Part shown: piece after piece, positions 9,655 to 18,284 of the stretch | Position numbering within the stretch: position 1 is the stretch's first letter | How the letters are laid out: every line of letters starts with the position of its first letter | Origin: Flavobacteriales bacterium | Lineage (GTDB): Bacteria; Bacteroidota; Bacteroidia; UBA10329 | Reading direction: 5' to 3' | Length of the DNA: 45,062 nt | NCBI GenBank assembly: GCA_049608805.1 | Contig: JBMYXX010000002.1 | Location: 1 to 45,062, forward strand | The notes under the pieces: generated by a model | The model's database searches: none | Seen by the model: the letters and a program-made list of their open reading frames with translations, nothing else | Told to the model about the DNA's origin: nothing | Translations under genes and position numbers: made by a program

Positions 9655-12018
9655 CTATTGAATAATCACTTTTGAGTGATGTGTTTCTGATTCTGAACGA
9701 ACCTGAAACGTGTAAATGCCTGCGGCTAAACCTTTGGTGTAAATTACTTGTTCTGTGCTGGTTTGTGCCTGCCACCAATTTGAATAGACAAGCTTTCCTG
9801 AGAGGTCATAAAGAGAAGCTTTAAGCCTACCAACCATTGAGTCGGGTGTAACTACCGTAAACGTTCCGTTGTTTGGCACAGGAAACAAATGAAGTTTGTC
9901 AATCGCTTCTGGAACGTCATTTTGATTAAGATGTAATGCACTAGAGTCGCAGCTGTATGGAAACTCTCTGTTGGATAGGTTAAAATAGTTGATGAAGTGC
10001 TCTCTCATATGGCATGCTCTAACACGCACAACTTCCAAAACATTCACGTAATTATCTTCCAATGTTTCATTCTCGGCCAACGGGCTCCATCTGTCTTGGT
10101 GCTCAGAATATTCTGGATTGTAATACTCAAATAATTCGGAGAGTTTGTAGCCAATTTGTTTATTGGCGAAAGTGCTGTTAAGCAATTCGGCCATTCTAGC
10201 AATGAAAGCTTGCTTAAACGGATCGTTTTCCAACAGTTTTCTAAGGAAAAGAGTTGATTCTGGCGGATTGGGCCAACCACCACTATTCGGATTTGTTGCG
10301 TGCTCTAATGAGTTGTAGCCACCACTCCACAAACAAACGTCATTGTCTAGTAAAAGCCACCGAAACTTCCCATCAAGACTCCGTTCTCTCCACATCCTAC
10401 TGTTGTTGCCGGGCCAATCATAACAACCCAGATAGATTTTGGTAAGCGTGTTGTCTATAAAGTCATCGATATCCATCATGGAGGCAACATAACTGTAGTT
10501 CGACTGAACCGAGATATCATTGTCCTCTAAAAAATGAACTAGTGAGTTGAACGTCTCAATATCTCCAGAACTTACCGCACCTAAGTAGCTTCCAATTATG
10601 TCTATTGAGTCTTTGTGAGAATCATGAAATTGTTGCAGAAAGTGTTTGTCAAACCTTTCTCGCATGTTCTGAATACCCCAATATTCGCCATTCACAAAAG
10701 TGATAACTGGCCTAAAGGCAAGGGTGGCTTGGTTCAGCGGCTTGGCTATTTCATTGGCAAGTACGTCTCGAGCAACACCACTTACAAAGTCTTGGCCCAT
10801 GTTTCGGAGCACAATAACATCAAACTCATCTGTAGCTAAGCCTGGGAATAACTCGTGTTCTAATTTGGTTTCGCCATACTGCTCTTTTGCGTAAACGCGA
10901 ATTGATTTTTGAGGATAAGCCGTACTTCCCATTCCGTGAGTTCGGATGCCAACGTCTTGCGAAACTTCCAGTTCGCCATCATTGTTAAACAACTGAAAAT
11001 GGCATTTTCTCTCCCACTCAACGCCTTTTTGGCGGTAGTTTCCTGTTCCCCAAAGATCTCCGCCATTAGGGTCTAACGCATGCGTAACCCCTGGTACAAA
11101 AATCCCAGAATCAAAATCGAAGAGGTTAAGGCTATCAGTTATTAAAGAAATTACTGGCATGGTGTAGCGGTTTCCTCCTTCGGGATGAATGAAATAAGAA
11201 AGGTTTAGTACGTGCGAAGAAGGTTCTCCTTCTGTGAAGGACCTTAACTTTAGAACCGTTCCTTTAAACAGGTTAGAAACTGGTTCTTCCCAAAGAACGT
11301 TGGGCTGTAGGTTATCTGCTGTAGTAGGAATGGTTGAGATTGAATTTGGCCGAATACTTTGGTCAACAATTTCTAACGGACCAGTCCATAATGAGTCATC
11401 TTCTGTAGGGTCAGAGCCATCCAGCGTAAACCGAATGGAATGTTGTTCAGACCCACTAACCGTGAGTTCGAATTCATTTTCATAGAATCCGGCTTCATGA
11501 CTGGCGCTTATTTTGTTCCTGATGATTCCCTGAATGTTTGAACCGCCAGGTGTTGACTGATAGAACTCAGTCATTTGACCCTCACCATCAAGCAAATACC
11601 CAGCTGAAACATCAAACGGTGCGCTGTCTAAATCTCTTTCGTCTATCGTGCTTCCTTGCGGGTTGGTTAACACTAACTCGTCAGAACCGCTGAGTTTAAA
11701 ATTGGTGTGAAGTTCAGCCCCATTTGCATTGTTTTTACCTGAACAGAAAACAACCAGAAACTCATTGGGCTGGAGAATGGTTGACCCGAAAACCCATTTG
11801 TACGGATTGTCTTCCTGGTCGGATAATCCATATCCCAGCAAGTTAACAGGCGTGCTTTCCGCATTATAGATTTCAATCCAGTCTGAATAATCCCCGTCTT
11901 CATCGGCCAATACGGTTGAGTTTTCAACCATCCACTCGTTTAAATGAAGCGATTGGCCAAACAGACTTGCTGGTAAAGACAAGGCTAATACAAGAATGAA
12001 TAGGGAACTAATTCTCAA
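9655..12018 (-). CDS. secreted CotH-family protein with N-terminal lamin-tail (LTD) domain and T9SS type A C-terminal sorting domain
   Basis: The LTD-like segment is 'LHLNEWMVENSTVLADEDGDYSDWIEIYN...VNLLGYGLSD'. The long central region resembles CotH ('MPVISLITD...LFD...GIFVPG', 'RNMGQD', 'NGEYWGIQNMRERFDKHFL', 'NNSRMWRE...FRWLLLDND'). The C-terminus 'LHLFPVPNNGTFTV...GKLVYS...LAAGIYTFQV' is Por_Secre_tail-like. Only a TTG start (12018) preserves the signal peptide, and it overlaps the DinB stop. Confidence 0.75.
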   Translation of the reverse strand: MRISSLFILVLALSLPASLFGQSLHLNEWMVENSTVLADEDGDYSDWIEIYNAESTPVNLLGYGLSDQEDNPYKWVFGSTILQPNEFLVVFCSGKNNANGAELHTNFKLSGSDELVLTNPQGSTIDERDLDSAPFDVSAGYLLDGEGQMTEFYQSTPGGSNIQGIIRNKISASHEAGFYENEFELTVSGSEQHSIRFTLDGSDPTEDDSLWTGPLEIVDQSIRPNSISTIPTTADNLQPNVLWEEPVSNLFKGTVLKLRSFTEGEPSSHVLNLSYFIHPEGGNRYTMPVISLITDSLNLFDFDSGIFVPGVTHALDPNGGDLWGTGNYRQKGVEWERKCHFQLFNNDGELEVSQDVGIRTHGMGSTAYPQKSIRVYAKEQYGETKLEHELFPGLATDEFDVIVLRNMGQDFVSGVARDVLANEIAKPLNQATLAFRPVITFVNGEYWGIQNMRERFDKHFLQQFHDSHKDSIDIIGSYLGAVSSGDIETFNSLVHFLEDNDISVQSNYSYVASMMDIDDFIDNTLTKIYLGCYDWPGNNSRMWRERSLDGKFRWLLLDNDVCLWSGGYNSLEHATNPNSGGWPNPPESTLFLRKLLENDPFKQAFIARMAELLNSTFANKQIGYKLSELFEYYNPEYSEHQDRWSPLAENETLEDNYVNVLEVVRVRACHMREHFINYFNLSNREFPYSCDSSALHLNQNDVPEAIDKLHLFPVPNNGTFTVVTPDSMVGRLKASLYDLSGKLVYSNWWQAQTSTEQVIYTKGLAAGIYTFQVRSESETHHSKVIIQ

Positions 12019-12551
12019 TCAACTGCTTTTAGGACGCGCTCTATTTGTCCAACGTGGCGCTGAACGTGCTGACGCATAAATCGTACGCTTTGCATGATGC
12101 TGAGTTTTCCGGCTGCCGGATGTTTGAAAAGTTCGTGGTCAATTATTGACTCATCAATACTTTCATATTCTTTTTTGAGGTTGCTTCTAATTTGGCCCCA
12201 AAGCTCTTGCGCTTCGGCAAAACTTGTGTTGCCCGTGGCATCTAATTCTATAACGCTAGGTGCCTTATATTTAAAAGGAAGGGCTATGGCTAAATTCAGA
12301 AGCTTTTGTTTAACAGCCGCCCCAAAAGAGGCTTTCTTGTGGCCTCCGTGTTCCAATTTTACACGCATGTATTTAAGTGCGCCTTCTTCAGCTTTTGCAA
12401 GATGCAACACAACTTCTGTTACCGACCAACTATCTGCCGAAGGCTTCTTAACAAGCACTTCTTTAGGGCGGTTGCTAAGAGACGTTAGTAATTCTAGACG
12501 CTCTTTTTCCAGTTCGTCAAATAGGCTTAAGAGTTCTTTTCTTGAGGTCAT
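12015..12551 (-). CDS. DinB superfamily protein
   Basis: 178 aa four-helix-bundle pattern with conserved His positions ('WSVTEVVLHLAKAEE', 'FMRQHVQRHVGQIE') typical of DinB_2. Confidence 0.75.
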   Translation of the reverse strand: MTSRKELLSLFDELEKERLELLTSLSNRPKEVLVKKPSADSWSVTEVVLHLAKAEEGALKYMRVKLEHGGHKKASFGAAVKQKLLNLAIALPFKYKAPSVIELDATGNTSFAEAQELWGQIRSNLKKEYESIDESIIDHELFKHPAAGKLSIMQSVRFMRQHVQRHVGQIERVLKAVD

Positions 12552-12560
12552 AAATTTGGT

Positions 12561-13577
12561 TTAGTCTGCTAATCTGATAATTGGGTTTTTAAGCGTTAGC
12601 GGGTTCCAGTATCTCCACTCTCTAAACGCTTCAAATTCCTTGGTATTTGTATTTAGCCACGCGAGAAATTTTTCTTTGTCCGAGCTTTCCATTATGCTCC
12701 AAACCAAGCACTCATTCCAGCCTTTGTCTTGTATAACTTTCATCCTCTCAAACAAGGGAGAGATGGTGAAATTCTGGTAATCCCAATTGGCTAGCATACA
12801 AGCACGTTTTTCTAATTGCACATCAATATTGTTTGACGATTCTGTTTGGCATTTTTCGGAGCTTACAAAGGCAAAATCTTGGTCTAGTTTTTCTGGGTCG
12901 GCATTCCAATCTTTAGAGAATACTTCTTTGCTACTGATATTAATTATTACCGCTGCGGAACGTCTCATGTTCAAATCTTCTGTCATGTTGTAAAAGATTT
13001 CAGCATAAAACCATGCCCACAAATTGTTGCCAGAAGCCAAAAGAAGCTTTGATGCCCAGTAATAGTTTTCGGCAAAATTTGGAGCCTTTTTAATTCCTGT
13101 TTCAAGAACAGAAAGTGCTTCTACCACACGGTCAATCTCCAGGTTTCTTTGTGCCAAATGCAAGTACAGCATTCCGTTGTTTGGTAGTTTCTGAATTCCA
13201 TAACGCAACGCATCCATAGAACGCTTATTCTCAGGATTTGGGGTTTTCTTTAGCACTTCTAGTTCCGCGTAACATTCTGAGAGAAGAACATACAAATCTC
13301 CCTGAACAGCTTGGTGATATTGAAGGTCGAAAAGATACTTTTCAGCCTTTTTTGGGTTGCCACTTTTCATGTGAGCCTTGGCCAGTTCAAACGCGTAATC
13401 ATATTCGCCTGGCTCAAGGTTTCTGGCTTTCTGAAGTAGTTTTATTCCCTCTTTATAATCGCCATTGTCAACCTTCAGAATTCCTTCTACACCTAATTTG
13501 TAGGCTTCGTTATTTGGTTGGCAGTTAGCGCTTACAAAGGCCAACAAAAGTGAAATTGAAAAGATAACTCGAAGCAT
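12561..13577 (-). CDS. secreted TPR-like protein, C-terminal region unknown
   Basis: Signal peptide (MLRVIFSISLLLAFVSANC). The N-terminal half has TPR-like helices ('GDYKEGIKLLQKARNLEPGEYDYAFELAKAHMKSGNPKKAEKY'). Confidence 0.55.
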   Translation of the reverse strand: MLRVIFSISLLLAFVSANCQPNNEAYKLGVEGILKVDNGDYKEGIKLLQKARNLEPGEYDYAFELAKAHMKSGNPKKAEKYLFDLQYHQAVQGDLYVLLSECYAELEVLKKTPNPENKRSMDALRYGIQKLPNNGMLYLHLAQRNLEIDRVVEALSVLETGIKKAPNFAENYYWASKLLLASGNNLWAWFYAEIFYNMTEDLNMRRSAAVIINISSKEVFSKDWNADPEKLDQDFAFVSSEKCQTESSNNIDVQLEKRACMLANWDYQNFTISPLFERMKVIQDKGWNECLVWSIMESSDKEKFLAWLNTNTKEFEAFREWRYWNPLTLKNPIIRLAD

Positions 13578-13590
13578 TATTCAAAGGTAA

Positions 13591-14130
13591 TTAATCGGAT
13601 TGCTCGGCAATTTTTGCATAGAAATGAGAATTGTAGAAAACACCCTTTTTGCGGTACGCTTTTCTAAACTTTCCTTCCAGTTGATAACCGCTTTTTTCTA
13701 GCACTCTAGCAGAGCCTTTGTTGTGCTCAAATATTGGCGCTTCTAAACGGATTAGCCCTAATTCTTGAAAACAATAATCCGAGAGTTTGCTTACCACCTT
13801 GGTCATTAAACCCTGTCCCCAAAGTGGCCTCATAAGCCAATAACCAATTTCGTCTTTATGAGATTTAGGCCCGTATTTGTGATGAATTGCAATTCCTCCG
13901 CAAACCTCACCTTTAGAATTTCTAATTGCCCAATTTGTTTGAGGCATGCCTGCATTTTTCCTGATGCCCCTTTCGGTTAACCACCATTCGGCATCTTCAA
14001 TTCTATACGGATGCGGAATTGTTAGTGTGTTTTTGGCAATTTCTTCATCACCAATAGCGTAGGCCAGCCGATGCGTGTCGGTCAACTCAAACTCCGTCAA
14101 AGTGTATTCTTCGTCTATTTTAATCATCAC
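13591..14130 (-). CDS. GNAT family N-acetyltransferase (RimJ/RimL-like)
   Basis: Carries 'IGYWLMRPLWGQGLMTKVVSKLSDYCF...LGLIRLEAPIFEHNKGSARVLEKSGYQLEG', the acetyl-CoA binding Q/RxxGxG/A motif region of Acetyltransf_3-type GNATs. Confidence 0.85.
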   Translation of the reverse strand: MMIKIDEEYTLTEFELTDTHRLAYAIGDEEIAKNTLTIPHPYRIEDAEWWLTERGIRKNAGMPQTNWAIRNSKGEVCGGIAIHHKYGPKSHKDEIGYWLMRPLWGQGLMTKVVSKLSDYCFQELGLIRLEAPIFEHNKGSARVLEKSGYQLEGKFRKAYRKKGVFYNSHFYAKIAEQSD

Positions 14131-14142
14131 TTGGGTTCAGAT

Positions 14143-15306
14143 ATGTTAAAAGTAGGGTTTGAATGTAACCCGAGACATGGAAATGCGTTGGATGAGACCA
14201 GTTACACCCCAAACCAGAAAGCATTGAATCAGTTATACGAGTATTTCAAGGAGCTTGAAAATGATCGCCTAAGCTTCATTTTTAACGGAGATGTAAGCGA
14301 TGATATTACAGACGGAATCATCCGAATTACAGAATACAACGTCAACAATTTTGAAGCACTTGCTAAACTTAGCAGGCGTATTTCATTCATTATGGTTGAG
14401 TGTTTTCAGAATGTGGTGAGACACGGTGCAAAGGCCGATAATGAAGCCAACGAAAAGGCTGGGGGCTTGTTTGCTGCCAGGCTTCTTGGAGACGCAAACT
14501 ATGTAAGCTCCATTAACATGATTGATGCGGAGGAGGTTAAGCTTCTTAGCCAAAAGCTCAATCAGCTTAATTCAATAGAAAAAGACAAGTTAAAAGCGCT
14601 GTATTTAGAGGTGCTGAACAACGAAGAAATATCTACCAAAGGTGGGGCGGGTCTTGGTTTAATTCAGTTAGCTAGAAAAGCTGGTCAACCCATTTCTTTC
14701 GACTTTCAGGATATAACCGAGGAGCTTTCTAACTTCTACCTTTCATTAAAGCTTACAACTAATGAGGTGCCTACAAAGCAAGGAGAGGCGCTTCGTTTTA
14801 CAAAAGATTTTGATAGCAAGATAAAGGACTCCAATGTTGTAATGATTTACAAGGGAGACTTTGGTAAAGACTCTATCCTTCCAATCATTCAGATTATTGA
14901 GGAGAAAATGAAGTCTGATAATGAAGGAGGCTCAAAAGCCTTTTTCTTAATCTTGGTTGAGTTGCTTCAGAATGTTTCTAGACACAACATCAGAGCCGAA
15001 GGCAAAGAGGGCATTTTTATGATTACTGAAGATGAGGATGGAGCCTACTGGACATCGGTTGGTAATGTGGTTGATGGTGCAACCAAGGCTATTCTGGCAG
15101 AAAAAATAAGCAACTTAAATGCTATGGAGCCGCTAGATCTTAAAGCGGTTTACAAGAAGACATTAAGAGAAGGTTCGTTTAGCGATAAGGGAGGAGCCGG
15201 ACTTGGACTGATTGAAATAGCTAGAAAGAGCTCGGAAAAACTGGGGTACAGTTTTGATGATATGGGCTCTGACGAATACTTCTTCACTTTTAACGTAAAA
15301 TTTTAA
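14143..15306 (+). CDS. tandem double SiaB-like (RsbW/GHKL-type) Ser/Thr protein kinase
   Basis: Two homologous halves, each with an N-box-like 'VECFQNVVRHG' / 'VELLQNVSRHN' and a G-box-like 'KGGAGLGLIQLARKAG' / 'KGGAGLGLIEIARKSS'. The ATG at 14143 is preferred, because the ATG at 14071 would overlap the divergent GNAT gene by 60 nt and add a non-homologous extension. Confidence 0.7.
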   Translation: MLKVGFECNPRHGNALDETSYTPNQKALNQLYEYFKELENDRLSFIFNGDVSDDITDGIIRITEYNVNNFEALAKLSRRISFIMVECFQNVVRHGAKADNEANEKAGGLFAARLLGDANYVSSINMIDAEEVKLLSQKLNQLNSIEKDKLKALYLEVLNNEEISTKGGAGLGLIQLARKAGQPISFDFQDITEELSNFYLSLKLTTNEVPTKQGEALRFTKDFDSKIKDSNVVMIYKGDFGKDSILPIIQIIEEKMKSDNEGGSKAFFLILVELLQNVSRHNIRAEGKEGIFMITEDEDGAYWTSVGNVVDGATKAILAEKISNLNAMEPLDLKAVYKKTLREGSFSDKGGAGLGLIEIARKSSEKLGYSFDDMGSDEYFFTFNVKF

Positions 15307-15311
15307 GACAA

Positions 15312-15689
15312 ATGGTTGATTCTTTAAAGTTAGAAGCTACCGAAGACACTCCAGAAATCGATTTCAACACCTCTACCGGTGTTTTTAAGATTAGCGGACG
15401 CTCTTTACCAGAAGATGCACTTGAGTTTTTTAAACCCGTTGAAGCTTGGCTAGAATCTTATGTTGAGGATTGTTTGGATGAAACCACGGTTGAAATGCGC
15501 GTAGATTACTTCAACTCTGCATCTACACGTTACATCTTTAATATTCTTATGGCGTTTGAAGATATTGTAGATGCCGGAAAGCAAGCTAAAATTATATGGT
15601 ATCATAAGTCTAACGATGAGATGATACAAGCAAAAGGAGAGGAGCTTTCTGATTTGCTAGAAGTGCCATTTGAAATGGTGTCTATATAA
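15312..15689 (+). CDS. SiaC-like regulatory phosphoprotein (DUF1987)
   Basis: 125 aa. 'TEDTPEIDFNTSTGVFKISGRSLPEDALEFFKPVEAWLESY' followed by 'VDYFNSASTRYIFNIL' matches the DUF1987 pattern. It lies 5 nt after the kinase gene. Confidence 0.75.
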   Translation: MVDSLKLEATEDTPEIDFNTSTGVFKISGRSLPEDALEFFKPVEAWLESYVEDCLDETTVEMRVDYFNSASTRYIFNILMAFEDIVDAGKQAKIIWYHKSNDEMIQAKGEELSDLLEVPFEMVSI

Positions 15690-15706
15690 GTTTTAGGAAA
15701 GCAATT

Positions 15707-16792
15707 TTGAAAGACGCAAGAATTCAATATGCCTGTTACGGAGCCTTATTTGGCTTGGCTTTTCCAATTATAGCTACGCTGTTTGATGCGCTTATGCGCG
15801 ATATGGGCTTTGGGTTTGCAGAGCTTATTGAAGTTCAAAAAACACAGCCGTTACATTGGATTATTGACACTGCACCGTTGTTTCTCGGAATTTTTGCTGC
15901 GCTGGCAGGCGTAAAACAACAGGAGGTTGTAGAGGCAAATCAAGGGCTTGAAAAAAAGGTAGAGAAGCGCACGGAATTGCTCAATGAGCAAAACGAAGAA
16001 TTGCGCAGTATGCAAGAGGAGTTAGAAGATAGTTTGAGCAGAATATCTCAGTCTATCAACTACGCTCAAAGAATACAAGAAGCCATTATTTCAAATACCC
16101 AAGAACTGCATCAGAGCTTCCCAGACTCTTTTGTGTTGTTTAAACCGCGCGATGTGGTTAGCGGAGATTTTCCTTGGTACTTAAGAAAAGGCAAATATCA
16201 CTTTGTGGCAGCGGTAGATTGTACTGGTCATGGTGTTCCTGGGGCTTTCATGTCGCTAATTGGCTACTTCCTATTAAACCGAATTGTAAAGGAGAATGAA
16301 GTAACCGACACGGCCGAAATTCTAACCAAGTTGCACGAGTCAATTGTAAATGTGTTAAATCAAAGTTCAGACTCTGATGTACATGATGGAATGGACTTGG
16401 CGCTTTGCAGAATTGATGAAGAGACAAAAGAGATAATGTACTCGGGCGCTGGAAACCCAGTTTACCATGTTTCTGGTAATCAGTTAGCCGAATACAAGGC
16501 AGATTATTGGAGCATTGGAGGAACGGAATACAAGCGTAGAGGCGCCTATAAATCGCAAAGTTTTAGCTACGCGAAGGGTGATTCTATCAGCATGTTCTCT
16601 GACGGAATAACAGACCAGTTTGCTTCTGATGGAGAAACTAAGTTTGGGTTCAAGAAAATCCAAAAACAACTGGTTTCAGATAGCGCCAAGCCAATGAAAG
16701 AGGTTGGCGAAAGCTTTGAGAAATCAATCAGTGGCTTTATGGCTGGCCATCGTCAGATAGACGATATGCTCCTGATGGGAGTTAGGTTGTAA
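15707..16792 (+). CDS. membrane-anchored PP2C/SpoIIE-family protein phosphatase (SiaA-like)
   Basis: Two N-terminal hydrophobic helices and a coiled-coil (EKKVEKRTELLNEQNEELRSMQEELE) precede PP2C motifs 'VSGDFPWY', 'AAVDCTGHGVPGAFMS', 'DGMDLAL', 'FSDGITDQ'. TTG start. Confidence 0.8.
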   Translation: MKDARIQYACYGALFGLAFPIIATLFDALMRDMGFGFAELIEVQKTQPLHWIIDTAPLFLGIFAALAGVKQQEVVEANQGLEKKVEKRTELLNEQNEELRSMQEELEDSLSRISQSINYAQRIQEAIISNTQELHQSFPDSFVLFKPRDVVSGDFPWYLRKGKYHFVAAVDCTGHGVPGAFMSLIGYFLLNRIVKENEVTDTAEILTKLHESIVNVLNQSSDSDVHDGMDLALCRIDEETKEIMYSGAGNPVYHVSGNQLAEYKADYWSIGGTEYKRRGAYKSQSFSYAKGDSISMFSDGITDQFASDGETKFGFKKIQKQLVSDSAKPMKEVGESFEKSISGFMAGHRQIDDMLLMGVRL

Positions 16793-16799
16793 ACCTCCT

Positions 16800-18248
16800 T
16801 TACCAAGGATTTCTAACCCGCTCAGCTTCTAGGAATTGCGGCAACTGGTTGGGGCTCAAATTACTTGCAATAATCTTATTGTTCTTGTCTAAAACGTAAA
16901 GCTCTGGCGTAATGTCTATGTGGTATTTGCGCTCGTATCGGCTACTTCTATCTGGGTCGATGGTGTTTTTAAAAACAGACATGCCGTTTTTCTGAATGAA
17001 GGCTTTCCATTTAGCTTCATCCTTGTCGGTTGATAAGGCTAAAACATCAACGCCTTTATTTTTCCATTCGTTATAAACCGTAACCATCTCTGGCGCTTCT
17101 TTTTGGCAATGCTCGCAATCGTAAGAATAGATAAACAACACTTTAATGGGAGATGTTAAACCATAAAGAGAAACAGGCTGACCGTTCTCGTTTTTGGCTG
17201 CAATGTCTTGCCCAATTTTTCCAATGAGGCTAGGCTTCATTAGGCTTATCTGGCCACGTAAACCTTTTATTTCTTCTGGGTTAGACCAAAATGCTTGGTC
17301 TTCTGTCCAATAAGTGTCAATCATGTGAACAAAAACAGCCTCTGTTCCCATGGTTTTGGGTGTTTTATATTCAAGAGCAATCCAATTCACCACGTACTTG
17401 AAAATCTCTTTATTGGCCTTCGATTTTTCAATTAGTAAATCTGAATACTTGATTAATGAATCAGCGTTTTGAGGCGTTAGTTCTTTAATGTATTTCCGCA
17501 ATTTATTGGCGAAAACTGGAGTGCGTAAAGTGGAGGTTTGGGAGAAGTCTATCATATTCCAAAACGCATTGCGGTATTGATAAACTTGAGCTGCTTCGTT
17601 TAGACTTCCATCAGCATTTTTCGGGTAGGTAAGCTCCGGGTTTTGGCCAGAAAGCTTGAATTGAGTAAAAAATGAATTGGGATGATTTTTCGAAAACGAA
17701 GCAATATGATTTAGTCGTTCGGCAACCAATGCTTCTTGTTTCGATTTTGCCGAGTTGTGTTCCTCTGAACCTGCGGGAAGCTTCGCGAGCTTGTCTGTAA
17801 TTGGTTTCAGCCTCACGTTAAATGCAGCCTCAAACTTTAGGTTTTGATACAATAGCTCATTGTCTAAACAACCATCTACTACCATTGAATTAACGAAATC
17901 TCCTTTTTTCGCGGTGAGCGTAAACTCTTGGTCATCTCCCAACAGCAACTGAAAATAACTGTTGTCTGAGCCCAGCATTAAGTAGTAGAAACCCTTTGGA
18001 AGCAGCGTGTCTGCATCAAAAATAAAAACGCCATTAGCATTGCTTCTGGCCGAATCAATAATGAAGTTCTGATTGCCGTAAACCCCAAGGATTTTTGCAA
18101 AATCGTTTGAAGCACCATCTAACGTTGCCTCAATGTGCATTTTGCCTGCGGGCTTAACTTCTTCCGATTGAGGTTTTTCGGTGGTTTGCGCGGTTTCTCC
18201 ACAAGAGAACAACAGCACGGAAAGCATCAACTGAAACAGCGGAATCAT
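16800..18248 (-). CDS. thioredoxin-fold (TlpA/AhpC-TSA-like) lipoprotein with long N-terminal domain
   Basis: C-terminal 'VLFIYSYDCEHCQKEAPEM...NKGVDVLALS' is a CxxC redoxin motif. The lipobox 'LLFSCGE' favours the ATG at 18248 (MIPLFQLMLSVLLFSC), although the ORF is open to 18284. Confidence 0.7.
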   Translation of the reverse strand: MIPLFQLMLSVLLFSCGETAQTTEKPQSEEVKPAGKMHIEATLDGASNDFAKILGVYGNQNFIIDSARSNANGVFIFDADTLLPKGFYYLMLGSDNSYFQLLLGDDQEFTLTAKKGDFVNSMVVDGCLDNELLYQNLKFEAAFNVRLKPITDKLAKLPAGSEEHNSAKSKQEALVAERLNHIASFSKNHPNSFFTQFKLSGQNPELTYPKNADGSLNEAAQVYQYRNAFWNMIDFSQTSTLRTPVFANKLRKYIKELTPQNADSLIKYSDLLIEKSKANKEIFKYVVNWIALEYKTPKTMGTEAVFVHMIDTYWTEDQAFWSNPEEIKGLRGQISLMKPSLIGKIGQDIAAKNENGQPVSLYGLTSPIKVLFIYSYDCEHCQKEAPEMVTVYNEWKNKGVDVLALSTDKDEAKWKAFIQKNGMSVFKNTIDPDRSSRYERKYHIDITPELYVLDKNNKIIASNLSPNQLPQFLEAERVRNPW

Positions 18249-18284
18249 TCTAGAAAAATCAGACATTACAAACGGCCGAACCAA

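Noticed and set aside
12094-12564. 156-aa plus-strand ORF fully antisense to the DinB gene. Similar long shadow ORFs occur at 6271..6633, 6467..6841, 22672..22992, 28756..29109 and 36134..36562.
   Set aside because: All lie inside and opposite to genes with strong family signatures. Their translations are low-complexity or Ser/Leu/Arg-rich without motifs, and they are typical antisense-frame artefacts.
14071-14142. Upstream ATG that would extend the double kinase by 24 aa.
   Set aside because: The extension (MRVGQLKLRQSVFFVYFNHHLGSD) overlaps the divergent GNAT coding region by 60 nt and looks like translated antisense. The ATG at 14143 was preferred but not proven.
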